A stretch of DNA of 64,000 nt from Thalia democratica. Lineage: Eukaryota. The position numbers and the translations under genes were made by a program. Of the stretch, positions 42,301 through 57,300 are shown in pieces; position 1 is the first letter of the stretch, and each line of letters opens with the position of its first letter. The notes below the pieces were generated by a model. It had not been told where the DNA came from and did not search any database. It saw only the letters and a program-made list of their open reading frames with translations. The stretch covers positions 55,738,001-55,802,000 of the forward strand of contig OZ241830.1 in the NCBI GenBank assembly GCA_965202585.1. The letters are read 5' to 3'.

Positions 42301-45300
42301 AATATTCTTAATTTGCTTTGATATACTAAAACACTACAATGATGTATAAAGTTTTAAAAACTTTGTTTTACACAAGTTAATTCATTTTTCTAACTTACAT
42401 ATTTTATTTCAATTTCATATCTAAGCAACTTGCAAATTATTGTTGGTTAAACGTAGTTTTTAAAACTTCAGGACACTTCTTCTTCTGACATTTATACTTT
42501 AATCTTGGTATTTAAGCATCAATAAAATTTCTAAAGTTAGTAACCTAAACAAAGTGAACATTCCTGAGGACTGGTTAGTCCTTCCCTATCGCTCCAAGTA
42601 CCCGGAGAGCACATTTCTGGCACATTTGTTCCTAACGGACAGTAAAAACCTTTCGGGCACTTATTAGATGGACTTGAAGTTCCATTTGGACAATAATATC
42701 CTAATATTTAGAAGTATTTTTTTACAATGTTAAATGTTATTTTAATGTACCTATACTATATTTCGGGATTACAAGACGTTAAAAACTTTGGTTTTACAAA
42801 ATATTTCTCATTTGAAAGCTTGATTTTATACAGTTTAAACAACATAAGCTAAGTTGAAATTGACCTTCTTCACACGGATAACCGTCAACAGTCATGTTTC
42901 GGTCGGGACAAAAAGAGCCAGTGGAGCAAGGGCGGCACCAACTTTCATCTTTACCTCTGCTGTCGGGATTGTAAGTGCCTGGCTCGCAAGGTGTCGGGTC
43001 GACAGTCCCTCGTTTGCAAAAGAACCCTGAAAATATTTTTGATAAAACTACATGACAGTGTAAACATAGGAAACTAAAATATAAAAGAGAATAAATGAGC
43101 TTGGATTTCTGAATTTTTGAAACAACTATTTTATTAATTGATAAGTATTTTTGCTTATACTTTGTATTTTTTAACTGTTTTCTAACATGTTTAAATGTTA
43201 ACAAAGTTTAGTATTTTTCAACAGTTAACTTATCACTGACTATTAGTTTTTTTTTAGTACCGACATAAACTTGATAAAAGCTTTATATTTTTAAAAAAAC
43301 TAAACCTGGTGGGCATGGACCAAAGTTGCCGTCCAAATCATCAACCGGGTTTGACGAGTTTGATGAAAGTTTACAAAAATAACCTTTCTCACAAACATCT
43401 TCAGGTTCTTCTAAACCTGGTTTATCGCAAAACCTGAAACAATATTTTTTTAATTTTAAGAATAACAATGTTTTGTTAGTTTACTAGTTACAAACAAAAT
43501 TATTTACAAAAAAGCAGTTGATTTGTTTCAAAATTGAAAGTTACTTAATAGAAAATCTAGTTTATGTTTTACTATTTATTTTTGATAAACTTATATTCCA
43601 CTAGCTTATAATATTAAAAGGAAACTGGTTTATCAATTTGAGTAAGTTATAAAACATTATAGGATTAAAACTAGTTTTACATTGATGGTGAGCAGGGTAG
43701 GCAGAAGCTCTGGTCAGTTGCACCCGTTACATTATTGAAAGTCCCCGTTGGACATTGGTACTGGTGAGCAGACTCGGTACCCGGTGGGCAGTAATGACCT
43801 CTTGGACAACGTGATGTCTCATTGTAAGTGATCACTGGCTCGATGTTGTTGTCACAATAAAACCCTTCGGGGCACTAAATATACATATAGTTTTTAAAAG
43901 TATTTTTTTAAAAAGCTAGTTTTTTTTATATTCTAGCTAGGTAATTAAGTTTTACTAAACTTAATTGTCTTTTTTTACATTTAAAAAACGTAGATTAAGT
44001 TACAGTAATTAAATTTAACAACTTTTTCTGTAAAACAGAGTTGTATTGTAGTTTTGATTAAATTTTCAAAATTTTTACAATAAAACTGTATTACGTTAGC
44101 ATGTGTGTAGTGTAGTTACGTAACAGAATAGTTAAACTCTGCTTATATTACTAAAGTTATGCTAAAACTGAAGTAAACACTAAATAAGACTATTCAGCTT
44201 ACTATTTTTTTAAATGACGGTGATTTTCAAACGAGTTGTTGTTTCTAAAAAGGGGTAATATAATGTTATTTACTAACATGCAGAAACATTAACTTGCATT
44301 AGTCTTAGCTTTCACAGCTTACTTCTTTGAATTTAAGTAATTAGGTATAGCGGAAAAACAAGTGGTTCTTTTAGTTTTAAAAAAGAAGTAAGTGGCCACA
44401 ACTATATGTAAAACCCATTTAAGGTTCTAAAGTAGAATTTTAAATAGTTTACGTGGAAAATTGTTAAAATGAAAATAAAACAACCTCTTTACAGTCTGGC
44501 TGTTCTTCTAAGTCTTGATAATATCCAGAAGCACATCTTGTTGGCTGGGAAGACCCTTCCACACAAAAATGTCCCTTTGGACATTTGTAAAGGCTGGGTG
44601 TTGAAGTTGTAATGTTTTGACCTGGAATTCCAGGGCAGTAAAACCCAGGACTGCACAGATCTGTGTGTATATCTTTTTAAAACTGTTTGTATTCTTTTTT
44701 GAGTTTCTTATTGTAAAAAGAGAATTTAATCCAGTTTTTAACAAAATAAATAAAAACTGTATAAAAACAAAAGATCTTTGAAAGTAAAATTTTCAGAAGT
44801 CAAAAAACAATAATAAAGTTGTAGTATCTGATTGTACTTTTATATTCTTTTGTATCAATAAATAAAGTTTTCTATTTACAAATACTACATAGCCAATGTA
44901 CAAAAATAAATGAGAAAACCAACAAACCAGTCGGCTCGGGAAGTCCAGCACCTTGACAAAAGTACCGAGGTGAACACTCTATACATTCACTAGAACTAGT
45001 TGCTTTTGTGTAATTCAGGAACTTTCCACCTTTGCATTCTATTGGAAATGGTGAAGCTTGCGGACAAAAGTTTCCCATTGGGCATTCGTTTCCTATTTGA
45101 TACCAGAATAAAGTTATTGGTTAAGAAACTTTCAAATTGTAAGTGTTTTATTTTATAATTTAACCAGTAGTTATTACGGCCATAATCAGCATAATTCAGA
45201 TGTTTCGCGCCATCAATATTTATTAATGAACTTTACCGCAAGATCAACAACAACAGCATCCGAGACAACCTACGACCGGTTTTGTCATAATTAGGACTCA

Positions 45301-48300
45301 TCAGGCAGGCATAGTAGCGAGAAACCGCTGTTGAGATCTAACCAAGCGGGCTTAATATTTCATTAATTCGTACTTCAGCCCGCTTGGTTAGATCTCATCA
45401 GCGGTTTTCAATTGACTATGCCTGTCTGATGAGTCCTAATTAGGACGAAACCGGTCGTAGGTTGTCTCGGATGCTGTTGTTGTTGATCTTGCAGTTTTAT
45501 AATTTACTAATAGCAAACATACAAAAGCATTTTACATTAGCGTTTTTTTGTAAGTTTAACTTTATAAAACTAAAATTAATTAAAACTTTAAAGTACGGTT
45601 ATGATAAGTATTTATTGCTTAAAGAAAAGTTTAAAAAAATAACTTTAAACAGTATCTAGGTTTCTAAGAAAAAAATAATAAGAAATGGAACCTGTATCAA
45701 ACCTGTTAAACCATCTAATGGGTCAGGTACAGTAGCACCAGCAATGCAGTAAAATCCTTCTTTGCAAGGGTATGAAGTGTAGTCGAAAAGCTGTTCAGTT
45801 GGACAATAGTATCTGTAGTCAGAGTATAAAACTAACTTTATTTTAAAAGCCTGAAAAGATTTTTAGTATACTAAAACTACTTTAATTTCAAAAAATTATT
45901 AATGAAATAAAGATGGTGTTTAATTTTTTAAGAATCACTTACTCAATTGGTTATTAAAACATTTTTACTTAGCTTAATTTTTATGCATGCTCGCAATGTA
46001 CAAGAATTTAAGTTAAACAAAAATATTTTTACTTTTAATAATTTGAAAATACTTTGCAAAGATAAGCTTCTTTTTATACCAATTTAAGAATAAAAAAGAA
46101 TTAAAGTAAAATATATTTAACTACTATTTTGTTATATTCTGTAAACTGTTTACAACTTCAATTCATAAATTTATGTATTGATACTTTTAAAACACTGCTT
46201 ACTGTTTAATTTACTTAGAAAAACTAAAAGTAAATTAATTTGAATTTATAACAATCATGCAAGTACCCGGGTTCGCAAGTTTTTGGGTAAGCAGATCCTT
46301 TAACACAGTAGCTGCCTTCCGGACACGGATTTTCAAAACCAGTTATTGAGTTTGACGAACAGTAGTACCCTTCGTGACAAAGTGCTGTAGGATTGGGTAA
46401 ACCATCAGTTTCACAATAGCTTCCGCCTGTTTACAAGTTTTAATACTTTTTTTAGAAAAAGTTATTCATTTTTGTATATGTTTTTATTCTAGATACTATC
46501 AAACGAATTTCGATACTTGAACTAAAATTTGTTATATTAGAGTTTAGTATATTATGAATTTACCTTATATAAAAAAAGAATTAAATTTTAATTTTATCTA
46601 TACATAACCTTTTACAAACTTACCAGAACATGGTTTACAGTGTGATATTGAAAACCTGCCAGTCTCGTTATTAAAAGTTCCAGCAGGACATAACTCTCCT
46701 TGAGTGTTGTTGGTTCCTACTAGACAGTAAGAACCACTGGGACATTCGTTAGCTGTATAGTTGCTTGTACCTTCTGGACAAAAGTATCCTAAAACAAAGT
46801 AAGGATTTTCTATAATTTATAGTTTACTTGTTTCGAAAGTAATAGTATACAGCATTGTTTAATCTAATTTACTAAGAAGCTTAATTAAAAATTAAAAAAA
46901 ACTCAGGAGTATAGTTTTGTTGAAAATGGTAATTAGATAAAAAAATACCGGCAAAAAATAACTTTTTTATATCATCCTACCACCTAATTTTTTTTTAATA
47001 TTTAAATTTAAATAAAAAAACTGATATAGTATTTTTTGACTTTTGAATTTTATTAGTTACTTTATTGTGCACTTTATTTACAAGTTGAACAGATCGCTTT
47101 TACTGCATTTTCCTAGTAAACAAAAAAATGTTTTACAGTTACATCAAAAATGTGTCGGAGAGTAAAATTCATCATTTTTAAAGCTTAAGATGCTATGCAA
47201 AACTACATTATACTTTTTATAGAGTAGCTTAATGAATTATATTTTAAGAATAAAAAATGTTCTTTTAGTTTTTCACTAATTAAAACATCAGAAAATAACA
47301 AAAACTTTATAGATTATATTTCTAAACGAATTTTCAATATTAAAGAAAAGATATTTTTTTAATAGTCTTTTCAAACTTTTCACTTCAAAGTTCAAACTAA
47401 TACTATGTGTTATCAGAATGATCACTTCAAATGTATACCATAAGAACTAGAAAATTTTTAAAGCAGAGGTATACCTTTCGGGCACTCGTCACAGCTCGAT
47501 TGTCCCTCAAAAGCCGCGTAAGTCCCAGCAGTGCACGGCTCTGGAAAGGAAGAGCCTCTCTCACAAAAGTTTCCTGCGGGGCACCTACCACCGAGACCAA
47601 GTTGCTTCCCATCGTAACACCAAGACGAGTCAAGGGTCGAGTTGCTTCCTGAACCATCGGGTTGCGGCCTGTCAACACCAAAACTGCAGTAGAAACCTTC
47701 ATCGCACAAGTCTAAGAAAACATTTTTATTTTTATTATAAATATACATAATAATATCTGAATTTCAGGCAATTAAGTTGATTTTAAATTAAAAAATTATT
47801 AGATAAAGTGTTAAACTTTCTTAACTAATTAACCTGTTACATTTGTTGAACCTTCTTTTTCGCAGTAAAAACCTGCTAGGCACGGCTGGCATTGGCTTAT
47901 GTTTTTCAATCCTGGTTGGTTTGAAAATGTTCCTCTCGGACATTTTTGGGGAAATTTGCTTTCTTCGGGGCAGTAGTATCCGGCTGGGCACTCAGACACA
48001 TTTGACTTCGAACAGTAAAAACTAGGAGGACAAGGTTCACAAGAAGGTGAAAGAGTGACATTCGTCTAAGATGGATATGAATTAATTGAATTAATATATT
48101 GAGTTCATTAGTTTTACATCGTTTATAGATTATTAAGTTCTTTAAATAACTATCAAGTCGTAAATGTCTAAAACTTACAGTCAGAAGTTTTACTGCTTAT
48201 ACTTTTTTATTAAGTAATTAATTACACAAAATTTCTTAACTTCTTTAAAACAAAAATTTTTAAATCAACTGGTAAAAGCAGAAAAATAAGTAAGCTAAAC

Positions 48301-51300
48301 AAGTAATTTGAATTCTTGTATTGCGTGTTTTATAATTTTTTTATTAATTTTCTTCATGTTTTGAACTTTAGTTTAAAATTAACTAAGCTTGTAAATTTAG
48401 TTAAGGGAATACAAGTTCTTAAAATACGTTTTTTCATGGAGAATGTTGTTCATAGTTCAAACTCTATAAAAAAAAACTTTCCTTTTAAAACTTATGCTTC
48501 TAATACTTTAACTCACATAAAAACCATCATCACAAGGCAACGGTTCTGGCGAGTCTCCAGGGCAATAAAATCCAACCGGACAACCAGTGACTACTGAGTT
48601 TGGTTTCGTTGAACCTATCGGACAAAAGTAACCAGGAGTGCAAGTAGCTGCTGGCTCGGGTAGACCAGGAACATCACAGTACATTCCACCTAAGCACTTT
48701 GCACACAAGCTTTCATCTGTTACCTCGGTTGCGTTGGAGTATGTTCCTAAAAATATTTAATTATTTAAAAATAGTAGTATAGTTTTGAATGTTTCATTAA
48801 AAACATTTAATAAATGTTTTTGTTTATTTAAAGTTTTACTCACCAACAGGACATGGTGTAGGTTGACTTGAGTTAGACGGGCAATAATGACCAGCAGTGC
48901 AGCTAATCTCTTCTGAAGAAGTTGAGTTGCCTGGACAATAATACCCGGGATCGCACACACTCGTTGGTGAAGTTAAATTGTTACTTGCGCAATAAGAGCC
49001 TTTGAAAATGTTTTTATTGCTAAAGTTCTACAATTTAGTGGTTTAGTTTTATTTAAAAGTTATTTAAGGCTACAAGCTTTAAGACTAACTAACTTTTTTT
49101 AATAATGTTTTTATTTAGAACTAATCATAATTTAAGAGTACTTTTGCGTAAACGTAAAACAAAAGCAACCTGGTGTACATTCCAAGCATTCTTCAACACT
49201 GTTCCGTTTCTCGTAAGGACTAAATGTCCCGGGTGGGCACGGTTTTGGATTTGTTGTCATTCTGGGGCAATAAAAACCCGCAGGACAGGGCCCTGCAAGA
49301 TCTCCTTGGGTCGGAGTTGAAGTTTTTGCTCCAAACTTACAAAAGTATCTGTAATTTTGTTTTAGTATGAATTTTTTCATCAAATCACAACAATTTCTAC
49401 TATAGATTTTCTTATGTCTAAAAAATGTTTTGTCTATAAACTCACTTATTTGAAAAAAAAATTACCTTAACTATTTATTTGAAATATTTTTGATAGTACT
49501 TATTTAGCTACAATAGTGCTGCACATCAATATAAAATAACAAACAAACCCAGAAGAGCACTCGAGTAAAGGTGCAGAAGTGTTGTAGTTAGGGCAGTAAT
49601 AACCTCCCAAGCAACTAACACACTCATCTAGCGACTTCGCACCAGTTCTGTTGTTGAAGGATCCAGGTGGACAAGGGTTTTCTCTTTCAAAGACTGTTCC
49701 ATTCGGACAATAAAATCCTAAAATATAATGTGTTTTAAAATCTTTATTGTCTTAAATGAAAGTTAGCTAAAAAATAGAATTTTTACTTTTTTCTATTTTA
49801 TATATTTACTATACTAATAACATTTAAAATAATATTCCTTATCTACTTTTCAAAAGTTATAAAAAACTATTAAGTAAAAGAAATAAGTTAAAATATAAAG
49901 TCGAGACTGATTTTTTTAAATGAAACTCCACTTTTAAACATTGCAACTATTTAATATCATTTGTTGTGGAAAACAAACTTAGAGATATTTATACAATTTC
50001 ATCATTATGCTGTACTAATTCAAGTTTTTATAAAGTATAATTTTGTCTAGTTGAATAAACTTATTACTGAAATACGTTAATACTTTTGTATTTAATTCTA
50101 AATGTTGAGCTTTGAATTTTCCAACTCTAGTTAGATATGTTTTTTTTTTTTTTCTTTACTTATTTTCGTTTCATATGTTTATTAATGGTCGTAAAAAAAT
50201 TTGAATTGTGCTTGTTTCATTTATAATAAAATGGATTATAATATATTTTGCCAAATAAAAAAGCAATCAACATATTATTAGCTACAGAACTAAACAAAGA
50301 AGTTTTAAATATTTTACAACTGTTCAAGTAATAATGCTAAACTTCATAAAATACGACCTTACTTAATTGCGCAGTATAATAATTATAAGATGTGATTTCC
50401 AAAACAACTCAATCAAAATAAATTTTTCATGTAGTTTTATAACTCCATAATAAGTCTGACAACTAATGAGTTAAAGACTGTACACGCAAAAATGTTTTGC
50501 TTTTTAGTAGAAAGCGTTGTGCGCTAATTAAATTGATAAATCTCTGATATTTTATTAATTGTGTAGTGTGTTCCAATTAATTTTGATTGTGCGTCTAAAA
50601 TCTAAATACATACTTTAATAAATCAGTATAAGTTGTCTACACTCAAAATTTCAATTCTGTAACTTAAAATATATATGTAACCTCAATAAAAATAAACATT
50701 TAAATTTATGTTTTTAACAATTAGGGTAGATTAAATCATATTCAAACGACATAACTTAGTACTTTATTTATAATTTCAAGTTTTTAAAAGGTAACCAAAT
50801 AATTTAAATAATAATTACTTAAATTTTGACGGCTAAAACGTTATTGTTATATAAACAAGACTAACCTGTTGTCTTTTTTAACAAGAAAGTGCTATTAATT
50901 CCTAAAAATATAGTATCTAAAAAGATTTAACACAGTTGCTTCAGATCAAGATGAAAAAATCCTGAATTTTATAAATCGAATTCTTAATTAAAACTGATTT
51001 AAAAATACATAACAAATGGGTTAAAAGTTTATTATTTACTCAATAAACTCAAAAAGATCCTGAAAAAATGATAAATTGCGAAAGCAAAACGTTTATGAAA
51101 ATAACATTTGCAAAATATTTTTTTAGTGAAGATGAAAATTCTTATTAAGAGCATCTTTAAATCGAATTTCCTGACTTTTCCTTACTTTGTTTTCGAAAAA
51201 CCCTAGTTTTTCTCAACTTTTCCTGACTTTTGTCTTTGTTTTTCGTATCCTGATTATTCTAACTTTGTGGAAACCCTGTTTTTAAGGTAGCTTAAAACAA

Positions 51301-54300
51301 ACTAATTTTTTAATCAGAGAAGTATTGTGGTTATAAAACAGTCATCTAAAAATCTCTTACCTTTAGGACATACACTTTCGTTGAAACTTGTTACAACGTT
51401 TGTTGTTGCATCACAATAAAAGCCGGCCGGGCAAACTTCACAGTAATCACGACCTTCTTGATCCTGATAAGTTCCGTTGTCACATCTTTCAGGAAACTTT
51501 GAACCAGCGATACAGAAGTAGCCTTTGTGTTTAAAAGCAGCTTGAAAAATTTCTTAGTAATATAAAAATTTTAATCATTGTTTACCTTTAGGACACATGT
51601 ATTCAGGTGGACTAGAAACAGACTGCCCGCCAGGACAATAAAATCCTGGATCGCACAACTTAGTTGGCGTTACCAACCCTTTTTCATCGCAGTAATATCC
51701 TGCAGTACAATCAAGACAGTCTTTTTCTGATTTTCCGTTTGTTGAGTCACTGTAAGTTCCTAGATCACATTGTTTCGGCTCTACCGTTCCTTCTGGGCAA
51801 TAATGACCTTTTGGGCAAGGACCGCCTGAATTTTAGTTATATTGTAAATTTTATGATAGTTTAGTTTTTATAATTCTTGTATAAGTATTTTGAAGTTTGT
51901 TATTTAAAACCCTTAATGGTTAATAGTTTAAGAACTTTTTTTTAATTATCATAACATGATACATTAAAAAATCTGACCAGTTATATCTTTACCATCAGGC
52001 TCTCGAGTTTTCGATGAATTACTGCAATAGAACCCTTCCGAACAATTTCCTTCCGGGGCACCAAGTCCCCATTTCGAGCAATACTTTCCAGCATCACAAG
52101 GTTGGGGCACGTTCGAGCCTTTAACGCAATAAAAACCGGGTGCGCACTGGCCACCTTGAAGGCTGTCTGTTGGTCTGGCTCGTTCAGACTTTTCGGTACA
52201 ATACCAGCCTTCGTCGCACAAGTCTGTGTAGTTGGTCAGGCCGGCTGTTGCACAGTAAGTACCTGCAAAAGACATGCTGTGATATAAAAATCTTTTTTTA
52301 TTTCTCAAAAAAAAAGTGTTCTTTAAAGTTTATGTAACTAGGTTTTGAAAATTTACAGAAAATAATTTGTGTTTTTATTTAATTACGATTACTAATTTAA
52401 AACATTGTAGAAACTAATACTTGCTAAGTTTTCTAGCAAGTTCATCTAAAAACATATATTCTAATAGAATTTTACTATAATTTAAAGACAAAAAAATCTA
52501 AAAGGATAAATATTCTTTCAGATTTATCTAAATAACTTATAGTTTTTAAATAATTTTCTCTAACTACATCTTCTTCTATACACAACAAGTATATATACGA
52601 AGTCTTTAAAAATTATAAAAAGTGTTAAAATGTAAATAAATCAAATCATAATTTAAACAGTGCTGAACAGACAAATACATGAACAAAAGAATAAAACAAA
52701 AAGATTTATAAATTTTACCACATTTTTAATTTACAAATACTTGATTTTTGTAAAAAACTTTAAAAATAATTTCACAATGGAACTCTTTGTAGTGTTTTGT
52801 TTTAGTTCTTTTAAACAATTTAGTAGAAATTGAAAAAAAAAATGTTTTCACTTCACTTAAACAAACTGTAGCATAATTAAAACGTGTTGTCCATATTAAA
52901 AAAAAAATAAAATCTTAGAGCTGGCAAACGCCAAAAACAATTTTTCAATAAGGTAATTTGTTAGAAGTATTAGGCTTAAAAATAGAATTAAATTAGCTTT
53001 TTTATCTAAATTTTATAATTTATCAAACTACCTGGTAGACAATCAGAGCAGCTTCTTTGGTACTGCTGATTAGTTATCCCGTTGAAAGTTCCTTTTTGAC
53101 ATTTAGTAGGCTCGCCAACGCCCGCCTTACAATACGACCCTGCCGGGCAGTCAGACGGGTCTGTTGCACCTTCCAAACAAAAGTAACCAGCCGGGCATTT
53201 GTCGCAAGCCTCTTTTCCGGACACGTTGCTGTAAGTTCCTTTTTCGCAAAGCTTCGGCGAAATGGAACCTTCCGGGCACTCGCTCCCCGGCGGGCATATT
53301 CCACCTTCATCCGGATCGTCAGGTTGCGCTCTCGTAGCTCCGCCAGTGCAGAACCAGCCTGCTGCACATTGGGCAGTAACAGCCGTCAGACCTAAAGACT
53401 CGCAGTAGTATCCAGCCGAGCAGTTCTGGCACTCTTCTTCCGACCGAAGCTCTCCCGACTCGGCGAACGTCCCGATCGGGCACTTTTCCATGAAGCCCTG
53501 ACCGCCCACGCAGAAGTGTCCGGGCTCGCACGGCCCGCACTCAAACGACCACACTTCGGTGCCTTCAATGACCAGCTTGCACGACCCGGCAGCTGGCTGA
53601 TCTGAACTGGCGCCCCCTTGCGAATAGTAGCCAGGTAAAATCGGACCAGTCGGTATTATGCTGTCGGCGGAGCAATATAAACCGCCCGGGCACTTAGAGC
53701 ACTCCGTTTGGTTTCTGAGGCCGGTTTTGTTGTTGTACGTTCCGTCGGGGCAAGGTTTCGGCTGCTTCTCTAAAACCCTTCCGTCTATGTCGCCGTCGCC
53801 GGATGACCCGATGCAGTAGCGACCTTCGGGACACAAAACGGGAAGCCATCCTTTTTCACAAAAATAACCAGGGTCGCAGTTGATGCACTGAAATTGTTAA
53901 TAAAAAGTATTTAAATTAAGAAGGTTCTAAACTAACTTTTTTAAGTATATTACTGGTAATGCTTTGACTTAGTTATTTACGTTAATTTATGTAGATTTTT
54001 TTTTGGTTTTCGTTGACTTCAATAGGTAGTAGACGAGTTCTATGTTCACTTAAGTACCGAATTATTCTATTAATTTTAACATTAAACATTTGTTTTTTTA
54101 CAATACTTTTAAAATATTGATATAAAACTGTTCTACAGTTTAACTTACAATAGCTTGACCAGTCGAATTTGTATAAGTTCCAGTTTTACATTCAGCAGGT
54201 TCACTGCAACCTCCAGTGCAATTACAGTAGTGATTTGATGGACACTCGGCCCCACCATCAACCGATAAATTCTTTAAAAAAAGTGAGTGTATATTTTTGT

Positions 54301-57300
54301 TGCTAAATTATTTTTCAATACTTTTTTAATTAACTTACACTACACAGTGTTTTTACCACCCTGTTATTATGCAATGAAAAAGATGGTTTAAACAATTCAC
54401 AACTTTCTTAACTAATCATGATCGAATCTAACTTTAGGTTGTGAAGTAGATGAGCCTCCGACGCAATAAAATCCAATTTCACACGCTCCGGTAAAATTAC
54501 TCATGCCAACCGACTCACAATATTTTCCAGGTGGACACAAACTAAATAAAATTGTTAAAATATTTTACCAAAATTTTAAGAAATTACTTTACAGCTAATG
54601 GACAAAAAACTGTTTTGTGCCACTTTAAACATTTCTAAGAATAATTAAGTTTGTTACAGTTATAAAATAACTATACTTTCTTATACAAGTATACAATTAC
54701 AGTAAACTTAAAAATGTTTTATTACTCGCAATCATCTATAGATCGACCGCCAAGGTTCGGATTGTAAGTGCCTTGTTCACATTTTTCCATTGTAGTGGTC
54801 CCTTTGGGACAGTAATGGCCTGGTATGCACTGCTGTCCCATACTTGCTTCTACGGTGACTCCTTAGCATTAAAAATAACTTTTATTTAAAGTATACAATT
54901 TACTTTTTTTAGGAAACAAGAAAATAGTTCTGTTTGGTTTTAGAGTTTGATTTATTTTGTTGAAATTAGCTAGTCTACTGTTTATTTTTTCTTAATTTTT
55001 TTATAAATATTAAGGACATAGAAAAATAATTAAAATGAAATAACCTCCAGTACTGTTGTCTTGGGTGGGCCTGCTAACTGTAGACCCATTGTAGCATATG
55101 TAACCTGCCGAGCAATCTCCTTCCGGTTCTTTAGCTCCCTTTCTGCTGCAAAACTTTCCAGGAGGACAGGCCAAGCAAGCTCCCAATGTTTCTTTTCCTT
55201 TTCTGAATCATAGTATTTTATTCAACAGTTTACAACATTTTACATGTAATAGTCTTTTTAAATAGTAAAACTTTTCAAAATAATTTGTACTTACAAAGTA
55301 TTAAGGCTTCAAAACTAAAATTGTTACAAAAGTTTTTTTTTTTTAAATCTAACGCGGAGTTATAAGTTCCAGGAGGGCAGAGTTCACCATCAACAAGATA
55401 CGTTCCTACGTATTCACTTGCACTTAGATCATATGTGAAATTTACAAACGGATTTGGTGAAGGACAGTAGCTTCCTGTTTTTATAAACAATATTCAAAAA
55501 AAGCATTCAATTACATAAAACTAAAGTAAATTATAAAACTTAGTAATTTTATGTGCGTTTTTTTTTTATATATAATGTCGAACTAAATAGTTTATTTACG
55601 AAATTGTTTCTGTATCTGGATGCGTTTTAGTTTATAACACACCTTCAGGACAATCAAAAGTGTCGTTCATTGCTTGAAAAGGACAAGTTTTTCCTGGAGG
55701 ACAGGCTGTACAATTTTCACTAGCAGCAAGAGGCTGGTATGTACCAATGGGGCAAATGCTTTCAACTGTTGATCCCTCTTTACAAAAAGTTCCTATAAAA
55801 AAAAGTCTGTTAAAAAAGTCTTTAAGAGAAACATCAAATGGTGCTATAACAAATGTTTTAAATCAATGATATGTGAAACAAATAGTTCCTGATTTAAAAT
55901 TATTTGTTTCTTTTTAATAATGCAACTTATCTTTAACTTTTTCAAGTTTTGTTAAGCAAATATTACTTACCAGGCTTGCAAACAAACTGCGTTGCTTCAA
56001 AAGACGCTTGTTTGCAATAATGTCCAGCAAAACACATTCCCGTAGGTCTGTCGAGAGCTGTGCCGTTGCAGTAGTATCCGGCTGTGCACGGTGTGCAGTC
56101 GCTACTGTCTTTTTGTCCCGCAGTGTTGCTAAAATATCCAAGATCGCACGGCTTCACTTCATACGAGCCTTTAAACGTTAAAATCAAAAATTAATGACAT
56201 TATTAACTTAATAAATTTATTTATTTAAAGAACTATAACTTTGAAAGTTTTAATAAATTTAAAGATAGTCTTCAAATAAATAACTAAACAAGCTAGTTGG
56301 TTAATAGAAATTACTTTAATAAAAAGTTAGACAACTTTTTTACCGGCAGGGCAGTAGCCTCCTTTTGGGCATATCACTCCGTTCTTACCATCGTTAGGGT
56401 TAGATTCTTGTGAACCTTCATAGCATATATATCCTGGATCACAATCGCCCCGAGGAGCAATCATTCCCAAACTGTCACAGTACTTACCCTTATCACATTT
56501 CGCACATTCTTTTTTTTCTTTCAATTCTGCATAAAAGTAAACCGTTTTTAAACAATATTTTTCAGAGTTCTTTAATTTTACTGACGAAAAATGCCATCAT
56601 TATTTTATTAAAATCTATCTTCTTAGAATTATTTCTAAATTGTATTAATACTATGGAATTGATTTAAGCTTGTTTCATTTTAGATCTTCAAAAAATTAAT
56701 AATCGACAAAAAAGTATCTAATTGTTTTAATATGAAAAAAAATGCTTGAGTTTTATTGATTAACAATTTTGTAACAAAATACTTTTTCTTTATATTTAGT
56801 AAGTAGGAAGTCTAAAACTAATCAAACTTGTACGATTTCCATACGTTCCTTTTGGACAAGGAGTCGTGTTAGCCACTTCAGCCTCGCAATAAAAACCTTG
56901 GTCGCAATCGGTCATGGATACTGAGCCTTGAGGACAGTACGTACCAGCTACACATTTTTTGCATTCATCAACATTTTTGGCTTTAGTTTCATCCATGTAA
57001 GTACCTCCAGGGCAAGGAATCTAAAAGTAAACAAAGTATCATCCAATACAGCTTTGTTTTAACTTATACATATTTTAATTGTTTATTTTGTTCAAAATCT
57101 TTAAAAATAGAAATTCTATAAATTTGTTTGATACTAGCATATACACTTTGTTTAATCTCTTTAGCTTTTAAACTACTTTTCAAAATATTGAGCTATGATT
57201 AAATAGTATACTTTTTTATATGTCTTATTTAAAAGAAAAAATTATAAACACTTTTGCTTAATACTACTTTAAGCATACTTATTCTTTATTGTATGGCAAA

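Larger units (their letters stand above)
45151..45506. mobile_element. Fold-back insertion D (Penelope-like pLTR remnant) with paired hammerheads
   Basis: Arms 45238-45352 and 45377-45492, 24-nt spacer. Unique extension 45163-45237. 12-bp direct repeat TTTTATAATTTA at 45151-45162 and 45495-45506. Confidence 0.85.
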
